Positions 35,517-42,267 of a stretch of 42,267 nt of DNA are shown piece by piece (the stretch's first letter is position 1; each line of letters starts with the position of its first letter). The notes beneath the pieces are model-generated. The model was not told the DNA's origin. It was given only the letters and a program-made list of their open reading frames with translations, and did no database searches. The DNA comes from Candidatus Brocadiia bacterium (GTDB lineage: Bacteria > Planctomycetota > Brocadiia > CAIUPP01). The translations under genes and the position numbers were made by a program. The stretch is taken from the NCBI GenBank assembly GCA_050015075.1, contig JBEKCB010000037.1:1-42267 (forward strand), in the 5' to 3' direction.

Positions 35517-35560
35517 AAGAAAAAGGCAATGGCCAGAAACGTCCCTGACCAAAGCCTCCA
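35517..35560 (-). ncRNA. Candidate small RNA convergent with the DUF3800 gene
   Basis: Minus strand UGGAGGC-UU-UGGUCAGGG-ACGU-UUCUGGCCA-UU-GCC-UUUUUCUUUU, with an upstream promoter at 35567-35594. Confidence 0.55.
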
Positions 35561-35566
35561 GTTGCA

Positions 35567-35594
35567 ATTATCGCAGATTTTACAAGAATGTCAA
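35567..35594 (-). promoter_or_regulatory. sigma70 promoter for the candidate sRNA
   Basis: Minus strand TTGACA-N16-GATAAT; no credible minus-strand CDS downstream. Confidence 0.6.
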
Positions 35595-35725
35595 GTCCTT
35601 GCTGCTTTATTCCGGAATTGCCGCGCAGCGCAGAAAGGCAGGCATCTGACATTGCGCCCGACTTGACAATTTCCGGCGTATCGCTATCTTATGCGCGTCA
35701 AGTAAGTTTTCTTCGTCGTCGCAAC

Positions 35726-35816
35726 CTTGCTCGTAATCGTAATCTTGCTCGCCGCAGCTCAACGAACGGCGATTACGATTACGAGCAAGATTACGATTAC
35801 GAGACAGATTACGATG
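35726..35816. repeat. (CGTAAT)n ... (ATTACG)n hexamer palindrome
   Basis: cttgctcgtaatcgtaatcttgctcg ... gattacgattacgagcaagattacgattacgag. Confidence 0.85.
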
Positions 35817-35851
35817 ACGGCTCGCCGCACCTCGTCTGAGAGAAATGGACC

Positions 35852-37153
35852 GTGGCGGAAATCATCCCGTTTCGCGGCTACCGGTACGACACGCGCGTCA
35901 CCGAGGACCTCGGCAAGCTGATCGCGCCGCCGTACGACGTGATTGACGCGCCGCTGCGCGACACGCTCTTCCGCCTCTCGCCCAGCAACATCGCGCACAT
36001 CACGCGCGCGCAGCGCGTCGAGGACGCGCCCGGCGGCCCGTACGCCGACGCCGGCCGGCTCTGGGCGCAATGGCGCGAGCAGGGCATCGTCAAGCCGGAT
36101 GACTCGCCGTGCCTCTACGTCTACGAGCAGTTCTTCGTGGTCCACGGCCGGCGCTTTTCGCGGACCGCGCTGGTCGGCGCCGTCCGCCTGGAGCCGTTCG
36201 GCGGCGGCGTGCGCCCGCACGAGCACACCCTCGCCGCGCCGCGGATGGACCGGCTGGACCTGATGCGCGCCACGCGCGCGCAGCTCGGGCAGGTCTTCGG
36301 GCTGTACAACGATCCGGCCGGCACCATCGTCCGCCTCCTCGACCCGATCAAGAAGGGGCGGCCGATCTCCCAGGCCGCCGACCGGCAGGACCTGCTCCAT
36401 CGCCTCTGGATCGTCTCCGATCCGCCGACCATCGCCACCCTTCAGAAGGCGCTGCGCGACCGGGAAATCCTGATCGCCGACGGCCATCACCGCTACGAGA
36501 CCTCGCTCGCGTTCAGCCAGGAACACCCCGAGCTGGAGTCCGCGAAGTTCCGCATGATGTCCCTCGTGGACTCGTCGAGCGTGGGCCTCGTCATCCTCCC
36601 GATCCATCGCCTCGTGAAGGGGCTGAAGGATTTCCGCCCGGAGGACTTCGCCGCCGGCCTGCGCCGCGCTTTCGAGGTCAAACTTTATCCCGGCGACACG
36701 CCGGCGGTCCGCACCGCCGTCCTCGAAGCCATGCGCGAGCTGAAGGAGAACGGCCAGCACGCCTTCGGCCTCTATCTCGGCGGCAAGGACCATCACCTGC
36801 TCGTCCTGCGCGGCGAGGAGCTGATGGACGCGCGGCAGGACCATTCGCAGGCGTGGCGGCGGCTCGACGTGAGCATCCTGCACCGGCTGGTGCTCGAAGA
36901 GCACATGGGCATCACGCCCGAGCGCCTCGAGGCGCAGGCGAACGTGGTGTACATCCAGGATTTCCCGCACGCGATCCAGGAAGCCGCCGCGCGCGTCGCC
37001 GCCGGCGAGTGCCAGGCGCTCTTCCTCATGAACCCGACGAGCATCGCCGAGGTGCAGGCCGTCGCCGGCCAGCGCGAGCGCATGCCGCAGAAAAGCACCT
37101 TCTTCTATCCCAAGATTTACACCGGCATGGTATTCTATTCGATGGATGCGTAG
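35852..37153 (+). CDS. DUF1015 family protein (ParB/Srx-like fold)
   Basis: MAEIIPFRG, APPYDVI, PHEHT, IADGHHRYET, RMPQKSTFFYPK. Confidence 0.92.
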   Translation: MAEIIPFRGYRYDTRVTEDLGKLIAPPYDVIDAPLRDTLFRLSPSNIAHITRAQRVEDAPGGPYADAGRLWAQWREQGIVKPDDSPCLYVYEQFFVVHGRRFSRTALVGAVRLEPFGGGVRPHEHTLAAPRMDRLDLMRATRAQLGQVFGLYNDPAGTIVRLLDPIKKGRPISQAADRQDLLHRLWIVSDPPTIATLQKALRDREILIADGHHRYETSLAFSQEHPELESAKFRMMSLVDSSSVGLVILPIHRLVKGLKDFRPEDFAAGLRRAFEVKLYPGDTPAVRTAVLEAMRELKENGQHAFGLYLGGKDHHLLVLRGEELMDARQDHSQAWRRLDVSILHRLVLEEHMGITPERLEAQANVVYIQDFPHAIQEAAARVAAGECQALFLMNPTSIAEVQAVAGQRERMPQKSTFFYPKIYTGMVFYSMDA

Positions 37154-37177
37154 CGCGGCGGAGGAAACGGCGAGTCG

Positions 37178-37273
37178 TGAGTACTGAATACTGATTGCAG
37201 AGTGAATAGGGGCGAAGCCCGATCCGCTTCCCATTCTGAATTCAGTGCTCAGTACTCAGTATTCATCACTCAT
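37178..37273. repeat. Heptamer-unit palindrome (TGAGTAC/GTACTCA type)
   Basis: tgagtactgaatactga ... tcagtgctcagtactcagtattcatcactca. Confidence 0.75.
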
Positions 37274-37303
37274 CCGTAACAATTCATAAAATCGGAGGCT
37301 GCC

Positions 37304-38371
37304 ATGAAGCTGTTCATCCCGGGCCCCATCTGGTGCCGCGAGGAAGTCCTGCGGGAATTCTGCCATCAGCCGATGGCCCATCGCGGCAAGCAGTTCACCG
37401 AGCTTTACACCGGCGTGCTCCAGAAGCTCAAGAAAATCCTGGGCACGAAGGGCGACGTGCACTTCTCCACCAGTTCCGGCTCCGGCGTCTGGGAACTGGC
37501 CATCCGCAACTGCGTCCGCAAGCGCGCCCTCGTCTGCGCCTGCGGCGAGTTCAGCTCCAAGTGGGGCGACGTCTGCGAGATGAACGGCCGCGAGACCGTC
37601 CGCATCTCCGTCCCGCTCGGCAAGGCCATCCGCGGGCCGATGATCGCCGACGCCCTCAAGAAACACGACGTGGACGCCGTGCTCTACTGCCACAACGAGA
37701 CCTCGACGGGGGTCACCAACCCGATCGAGGAAGCCGCCGAAGTCATGCGCGATCACCCCGGCGTGATGTTCCTCGTGGACGCCGTCAGCGGCATGGCCGG
37801 AATCCCGATTGACGTGGACAAGCTCGGCGTGGACCTGTGCCTGGCCAGCGTGCAGAAGGCGTTCGGCCTGCCGCCGGGCGGCGCCATCTTCACCGCCTCC
37901 GAGCGCGCCTACGCCCGCGCCGCCGAGATCCCGCACCGCGGCTACTACTTCGACCTGCTCGCCATCCGCAAGAGCGCCGACAAAGGCCAGACGCTCGTCA
38001 CGCCGTCCGAGCCGCACATCTACGCGCTGAACTTCCAGCTCGACGCCATGCTCGCCGAGGGCATCGAGAACCGCTTCGCGCGGCACCGGCAGATGGCCGA
38101 CGTCGTCCGCGCGTGGGCGCGGAAGAACTTCGCGCTTTTCGCCGAGCCGGGCTTCGAGTCGAACACCGTCACCTGCATCGCCAACACCCGCAACGCCGAC
38201 ATCGGCGCGCTCAACAAAGAACTCCAGAAGCGCCACGACTGCATCATCTCCGACGGCTACGGCGAACTCAAAGGCAAGACCTTCCGCATCGCCCACATGG
38301 GCGACATGCAGATCAGCGACATGCACGAGCTGCTGCGGTGGATTGATGAGATCGTCGGGATTGCGAACTAG
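37304..38371 (+). CDS. Class V PLP aminotransferase (alanine-glyoxylate / serine-pyruvate / phosphoserine type)
   Basis: LFIPGP, HNETSTGV, VDAVS, SVQKAFGLPPG, FRIAHMG. Confidence 0.92.
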   Translation: MKLFIPGPIWCREEVLREFCHQPMAHRGKQFTELYTGVLQKLKKILGTKGDVHFSTSSGSGVWELAIRNCVRKRALVCACGEFSSKWGDVCEMNGRETVRISVPLGKAIRGPMIADALKKHDVDAVLYCHNETSTGVTNPIEEAAEVMRDHPGVMFLVDAVSGMAGIPIDVDKLGVDLCLASVQKAFGLPPGGAIFTASERAYARAAEIPHRGYYFDLLAIRKSADKGQTLVTPSEPHIYALNFQLDAMLAEGIENRFARHRQMADVVRAWARKNFALFAEPGFESNTVTCIANTRNADIGALNKELQKRHDCIISDGYGELKGKTFRIAHMGDMQISDMHELLRWIDEIVGIAN

Positions 38372-38383
38372 CCGCGCGGCTCA

Positions 38384-38686
38384 TTAGCGGTGCGTCGTCC
38401 GAGCTTGCCGGCGCGACTCTCTTCCTGCCAGCCGGACATTCGCGGCGACGTAGGATCGAAGGACCGCGTTGATCCGCGTCTGATAACCGCGGCCCGGCCG
38501 CCGGAACCATTGAAGCACGTCCCGGTCGAGCCGCAAGGTGACGCTCAGCTTCTTCACGGGCATCCTCAGCTTGGCCCGGCGCCAGAAACCAGGTCCCAGC
38601 CTTGCAATATCGGAGTAATCTATCCCGGCGTCCGATTCACTGGCCAAAAATTCCCAATCGGTGGCTGAGGAAGATTTCCCGTTCAA
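38384..38686 (-). CDS. brnA: BrnA-family antitoxin (no brnT), translationally coupled to vapC
   Basis: TDWEFL...IDYSDI...VTLRLDRDVLQWFR...GYQTRINAVLRSYV. The TTG at 38686 overlaps the vapC TGA. Confidence 0.85.
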   Translation of the reverse strand: MNGKSSSATDWEFLASESDAGIDYSDIARLGPGFWRRAKLRMPVKKLSVTLRLDRDVLQWFRRPGRGYQTRINAVLRSYVAANVRLAGRESRRQARTTHR

Positions 38687-39105
38687 ACTTTTTCGCCTTC
38701 CGGCCTGGCCCAATTCAAGACGCGCAAGCGCGGGACGCGGGTGAATTCCGCTTCGTTGTTCGTGACCAAAGCGCAGCGAAGCGAAAGCGCATGCGCAGCG
38801 ATCAGCATATCCATTGATCCGATGACCGTTCCTGCTCTCTCGAGCGCCGCCCGCAGTTGGCCATATTCCTGTGCTGCTCTTTCATCAAATGCTGCCACGT
38901 GCAATGGGGCAAGGAACCCCGCGAGCGCTCGTCGGCTCGTTTCGGGCAGGGCGCTCTTGCTCACCCCGAATTCGAGTTCGCACAATGTGATCGCCGAAAG
39001 GCAGAGATCTTCCAGTTCGGCTCGACGAAGGCGCTCGATGACTGCTTTCGGTTTTTCCTTTATGACGTAGATGCAGGTGTCCGTATCCAGCATGTACTTC
39101 ATCAC
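38683..39105 (-). CDS. vapC: VapC PIN-domain toxin
   Basis: YMLDTDTCIY, SAITLCELEFG, IGSMDMLIAAHA, LVTNNEAEF. Confidence 0.95.
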   Translation of the reverse strand: MMKYMLDTDTCIYVIKEKPKAVIERLRRAELEDLCLSAITLCELEFGVSKSALPETSRRALAGFLAPLHVAAFDERAAQEYGQLRAALERAGTVIGSMDMLIAAHALSLRCALVTNNEAEFTRVPRLRVLNWARPEGEKV

Positions 39106-39329
39106 AGCCCCTTGCGCGACTGGACCGGCGGCTGGTCCCTATCCGCCATAAAATCCTCGGGGAAGAGATCCAGGCTGCGCACGAATGAGTCCCAGAGCTT
39201 GTTCTTCGGAATCAGGAGGACGAGGCCGTCGTGTTTGCACACGTACACCTCCTTACCGGGCAGCCGGAATTCCTTCGGCAGTCGCACGGCCTGGCTGCGA
39301 CCGTTCTTAAAAAGTCGAGCCGTGTGCAT
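39102..39329 (-). CDS. vapB: VapB antitoxin (AbrB/VagC type)
   Basis: LFKNGRSQAVRLPKEFR; overlaps the vapC start. Confidence 0.93.
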   Translation of the reverse strand: MHTARLFKNGRSQAVRLPKEFRLPGKEVYVCKHDGLVLLIPKNKLWDSFVRSLDLFPEDFMADRDQPPVQSRKGL

Positions 39330-39348
39330 TTCTTCTCTCCTTCTAAGG

Positions 39349-39390
39349 TGGTCTATACCTCAGTATAGACCATCATCGTTACATAGTCAA
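39349..39390 (-). promoter_or_regulatory. vapBC promoter with palindromic operator over the -10
   Basis: Minus strand TTGACT-N17-TATACT; perfect 10-bp-arm palindrome TGGTCTATAC-ctca-GTATAGACCA (39349-39372). Confidence 0.8.
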
Positions 39391-39404
39391 GCGCCAGCAA
39401 GACG

Positions 39405-39538
39405 GTCAAAATGACAGCCGCAGCCAAACCGCTGTCAAAATGACAGAACCACTCGTCGTGTGAGTAAACGCATAACACGCTGTGGCACAGCATGTTATGA
39501 TCACGGGCTGGCGATTAGCGTTTGGCACCTTCTTTGCT
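39405..39538 (+). promoter_or_regulatory. sigma54 promoter of groEL with two upstream activator-like palindromes
   Basis: TGGCAC-CTTCT-TTGCT at 39523-39538; GTCAAAATGAC at 39405-39415 and 39434-39444. Confidence 0.7.
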
Positions 39539-39621
39539 TGGTGTTGACCACGCTTATCTATGCGGCAATATGACCGGCCGAGTTCGTGAAAACCTCGGCG
39601 AACAGGCAAGGAGGACTGAAG

Positions 39622-41250
39622 ATGCCGGCGAAACAGATCGCTTATGGCCAGGACGCGCGCGAGAAAATCAAGAAGGGCGTCGAAACCCTCGCGGCGGCTG
39701 TCAAGATCACGCTCGGCCCGCGCGGGCGGAACGTGGTGATCCAGAAGAGCTTCGGCTCGCCGACGGTGACCAAAGACGGCGTGACCGTGGCGAAGGAAAT
39801 TGACCTCCAGGACAAGGAGGAGAACCTCGGCGCGCGCCTCGTCCGCGAAGTCGCCTCGAAGACCAGCGACACCGCCGGCGATGGCACGACGACCGCCACC
39901 GTCCTGGCGGAAGCCATCTTCAAGGAAGGCCTCAAGAACGTCGCCGCCGGCGCGAACTCGATGCTCGTCAAGCGCGGCATTGACAAGGCCGTCGAGCGCG
40001 TCGTCGCCGAACTCGACAAGATGAAGATCCCCGTCAAGGGCCGCACCGCCATCGAGCAGGTCGGCAGCGTCGCCAGCCACAACGACCTGGAGATCGGCAA
40101 GATGATCGCCGAGGCGATGGACCGCGTCGGCAAGGACGGCGTCATCACCGTGGAGGAAGGCAAGGCGCTCAAGACCGAGGTCGAATGGGTCGAGGGCATG
40201 CAGTTCGACCGCGGCTATTCCAGCCCCTATTTCGTCACGCAGGTCGAGAAAATGGAGTGCGAACTCGAGGAGCCGTACATCCTCATCCATGAGAAGAAGA
40301 TCAGCGCGATCAAGGACCTGGTGCCGCTGCTCGAGAAGGTCGCGCAGGCCGGCCGGCCGATCCTGATCATCGCCGAAGAGGTCGAGGGCGAAGCGCTCGC
40401 GACGCTCGTGGTCAACCGCCTGCGCGGCTCGCTCAAGTGCGCCGCCGTCAAGGCGCCCGGCTACGGCGACCGCCGCAAGGCCATGCTCGAGGACATCGCC
40501 ACGCTCACCGGCGGACGCGCGATCTTCGAGGATCTGGGCATCCAGCTCGAGAACCTGGGCCTCAACGATCTCGGCAAGGCGAAGCGGGTGCTGATTGACA
40601 AGGACAATACCACGATCATCGAAGGCGGCGGCGAAGCCAAGACGATCAAGGGCCGCATCGAGCAGATCCGCAAGGAGATCGAGACGACCACCTCCGAGTA
40701 CGACCGCGAGAAGCTCGAGGAGCGCCTGGCCAAGCTCGCCGGCGGCGTGGCGAAGATCAAGGTCGGCGCCGCGACGGAATCGGAGATGAAGGAGCGCAAG
40801 GCCCGCGTCGAAGACGCGCTCCACGCCACGCGCGCGGCCGTCGAGGAAGGCATCCTGCCCGGCGGCGGCGTCGCGCTGCTGCGCGCCTCCGAGAAACTCT
40901 CCAGCCTCAAGCTCCAGGGCGATGAGGCGGTCGGCGTGGACATCGTCCGCCGCGCCTGCATGGCCCCGCTGCGCCAGATCGCCGAGAACGCCGGCAAGGA
41001 CGGCTCGGTCGTCGTCGAAAAAGTCCGCGCCGGCGACGCGCATTTCGGCTACGACGCGCAGTTCGACCGGTTCGTGGACATGGTCCAGACCGGCATCATT
41101 GACCCGAAGAAAGTCGTCCGTCTGGCGCTCCAGAACGCCGCCAGCGTCTCGACGCTGCTGCTCACCACCGACGCGATCGTCTCCGACTTCCCCGAGAAGA
41201 AAAAGAAGCCCTCCATGCCCATGGGCGGCGGCGACGAGGACATGTACTAG
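39622..41250 (+). CDS. groEL: Chaperonin GroEL
   Basis: [56 protein letters not shown]; AGGAGG RBS. Confidence 0.98.
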   Translation: MPAKQIAYGQDAREKIKKGVETLAAAVKITLGPRGRNVVIQKSFGSPTVTKDGVTVAKEIDLQDKEENLGARLVREVASKTSDTAGDGTTTATVLAEAIFKEGLKNVAAGANSMLVKRGIDKAVERVVAELDKMKIPVKGRTAIEQVGSVASHNDLEIGKMIAEAMDRVGKDGVITVEEGKALKTEVEWVEGMQFDRGYSSPYFVTQVEKMECELEEPYILIHEKKISAIKDLVPLLEKVAQAGRPILIIAEEVEGEALATLVVNRLRGSLKCAAVKAPGYGDRRKAMLEDIATLTGGRAIFEDLGIQLENLGLNDLGKAKRVLIDKDNTTIIEGGGEAKTIKGRIEQIRKEIETTTSEYDREKLEERLAKLAGGVAKIKVGAATESEMKERKARVEDALHATRAAVEEGILPGGGVALLRASEKLSSLKLQGDEAVGVDIVRRACMAPLRQIAENAGKDGSVVVEKVRAGDAHFGYDAQFDRFVDMVQTGIIDPKKVVRLALQNAASVSTLLLTTDAIVSDFPEKKKKPSMPMGGGDEDMY

Positions 41251-41291
41251 ATTTCCGATTGCCGATTTCCGAATGCAGAATGAAGTTTATG

Positions 41292-41328
41292 AGCGGCGAC
41301 CGCTTACCGGCGGTCGCCGCTTCTTTTT
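41292..41328 (+). terminator. Intrinsic terminator of groEL
   Basis: AGCGGCGACCGC-ttaccg-GCGGTCGCCGCT followed by TCTTTTT. Confidence 0.85.
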
Positions 41329-41373
41329 CGCGCGGCTTGAATTCGCGCGCCTCGGGCGTGATAATCGGCGGCC

Positions 41374-42138
41374 ATGAGCCAGCAACCGACGCACTTCGAC
41401 CGCGTGGCGGAACAGTACGACGCGGTCTTTCCGGCACACATCACCGCGCACTACCTGCGCAAGCGGGCGCGGCTGATCGGCGCTCTGCTGCGCGGCCCAT
41501 TCGACGGCGCTCAGGGCCGCCCTGAGGAAGCTCGAATGGGCGGCGACCCCCGCAGTAACGCTTCCATGCTGCCGGGCAGACGCGCGCTGGACGTCGGCTG
41601 CGGGACCGGCATGCTGATGGCAGCGCTCAAGCCTTACGGCTCCGTCGTCGGAGTGGACAGTTCCGAAGGGATGATCGCCGTCCTCCGGCGCGAAGGGCGC
41701 GGCGAGGCGGTCGTCGCGCCGGTGGATCGTCTGCCGTTTGAAGACGGATCGTTCGACGTGGTATTCTGCGTTGCGGTGCTTCACCACGTCGCCGAGCCGG
41801 AAAAGGTCCGGCGCGCGATCCACGAGATGGTCCGCGTCGCGCGGCCCGGCGGCGCGCTGGTGATCTGGGACCACAACCCGCGCAACCCGTATTGGCCGCG
41901 CCTGATGCGCCGCGCGCCGCAGGACACCGGCGCGGAACGGCTGATCCCGGCCGCGGAGATCGTCCGCGCGCTCGAGGAATCCGGCGCGCGGCAGGTGCGC
42001 GTGACGCAAAGCGGCCTCGTCCCGGAGTTCGTCCCGCGCGCGCTCATGCCGCTCGCGCGCCTGGCCGAAGCCGTCGTCGAACGCACGCCGCTGCTGCGCC
42101 GCTTCTGCGCGCACAACGTGATTACGGCGATCAAATAA
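41374..42138 (+). CDS. Class I SAM-dependent methyltransferase containing an in-frame REP doublet
   Basis: ALDVGCGTG, GVDSS, LPFEDGSFD, VLHHV, RVARPGG. The palindromic insert at 41495-41541 encodes PFDGAQGRPEEARMG. Confidence 0.88.
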   Translation: MSQQPTHFDRVAEQYDAVFPAHITAHYLRKRARLIGALLRGPFDGAQGRPEEARMGGDPRSNASMLPGRRALDVGCGTGMLMAALKPYGSVVGVDSSEGMIAVLRREGRGEAVVAPVDRLPFEDGSFDVVFCVAVLHHVAEPEKVRRAIHEMVRVARPGGALVIWDHNPRNPYWPRLMRRAPQDTGAERLIPAAEIVRALEESGARQVRVTQSGLVPEFVPRALMPLARLAEAVVERTPLLRRFCAHNVITAIK

Positions 42139-42140
42139 GA

Positions 42141-42267
42141 CCACGGAATAAAAAGAGTACACTGAGAAAGACAACGGAAAGGGAAACCACGGAAGACACG
42201 AAGCACACGGAAGACGGTAAACACTGCGCACTGACAAAGACAACGGAAAGGGAAACCACGGAAGACA
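42141..42267. repeat. Purine-rich CCACGGAA-type repeat array with a 39-bp duplication (69-bp period), truncated by the window end
   Basis: cactga(g/c)aaagacaacggaaagggaaaccacggaagaca at 42160-42198 and 42229-42267. Confidence 0.75.

Noticed and set aside
34927-35652. Minus-strand ORFs (241 aa and 146 aa) as products of the 35567-35594 promoter
   Set aside because: Both are antisense to DUF3800, start upstream of or within the promoter, and a hairpin with U-tail intervenes.
39514-39541. CIRCE element upstream of groEL
   Set aside because: TTAGCG/TTGGCAC only superficially resembles TTAGCACTC-N9-GAGTGCTAA and has no right arm; the sigma54 consensus fits exactly.
39406-41043. 545-aa minus-strand ORF
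   Set aside because: Antisense shadow of groEL.
1-42267. tRNA, rRNA, prophage or integrase genes
   Set aside because: None recognised by eye; a tRNAscan or Infernal run would be needed to exclude small RNAs formally.

Overview
GC-rich bacterial chromosomal segment. The gene set (PEP-CTERM protein, lpxD, bacterial top6B, class III RNR, UroD-family protein, sigma54 promoters, dense palindromic intergenic repeats) suggests an anaerobic diderm, most plausibly Planctomycetota; the taxonomy is inference only. Housekeeping genes (yhaM, top6B, lexA, lpxD, rmuC, dCMP deaminase, nrdR-nrdD-redoxin-nrdG, DUF1015 plus class V aminotransferase, groEL) are interleaved with small accessory or defence modules: an IS256-like right end, mazEF, a XhoI/PaeR7I-like type II R-M pair, an orphan beta-class DNA methyltransferase, an orphan higA, a DUF3800 gene, and vapB-vapC-brnA. 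Non-coding signals read directly from the sequence include a consensus parS, tandem NrdR boxes, two sigma54 promoters, a candidate LexA direct-repeat box, six GTAG-REP doublets (two inside IS-ended MITEs), and 53-bp direct repeats bracketing a glycosidase gene. The best candidate for an undescribed system is the DUF3800 (RNase H-like) gene, followed immediately by a convergent, self-promoted ~45-nt hairpin RNA, possibly a protein-RNA toxin-antitoxin or defence pair. The second candidate is a repeat-delimited cassette-like island at 10.1-15.2 kb. All product calls come from motif recognition, not database searches.
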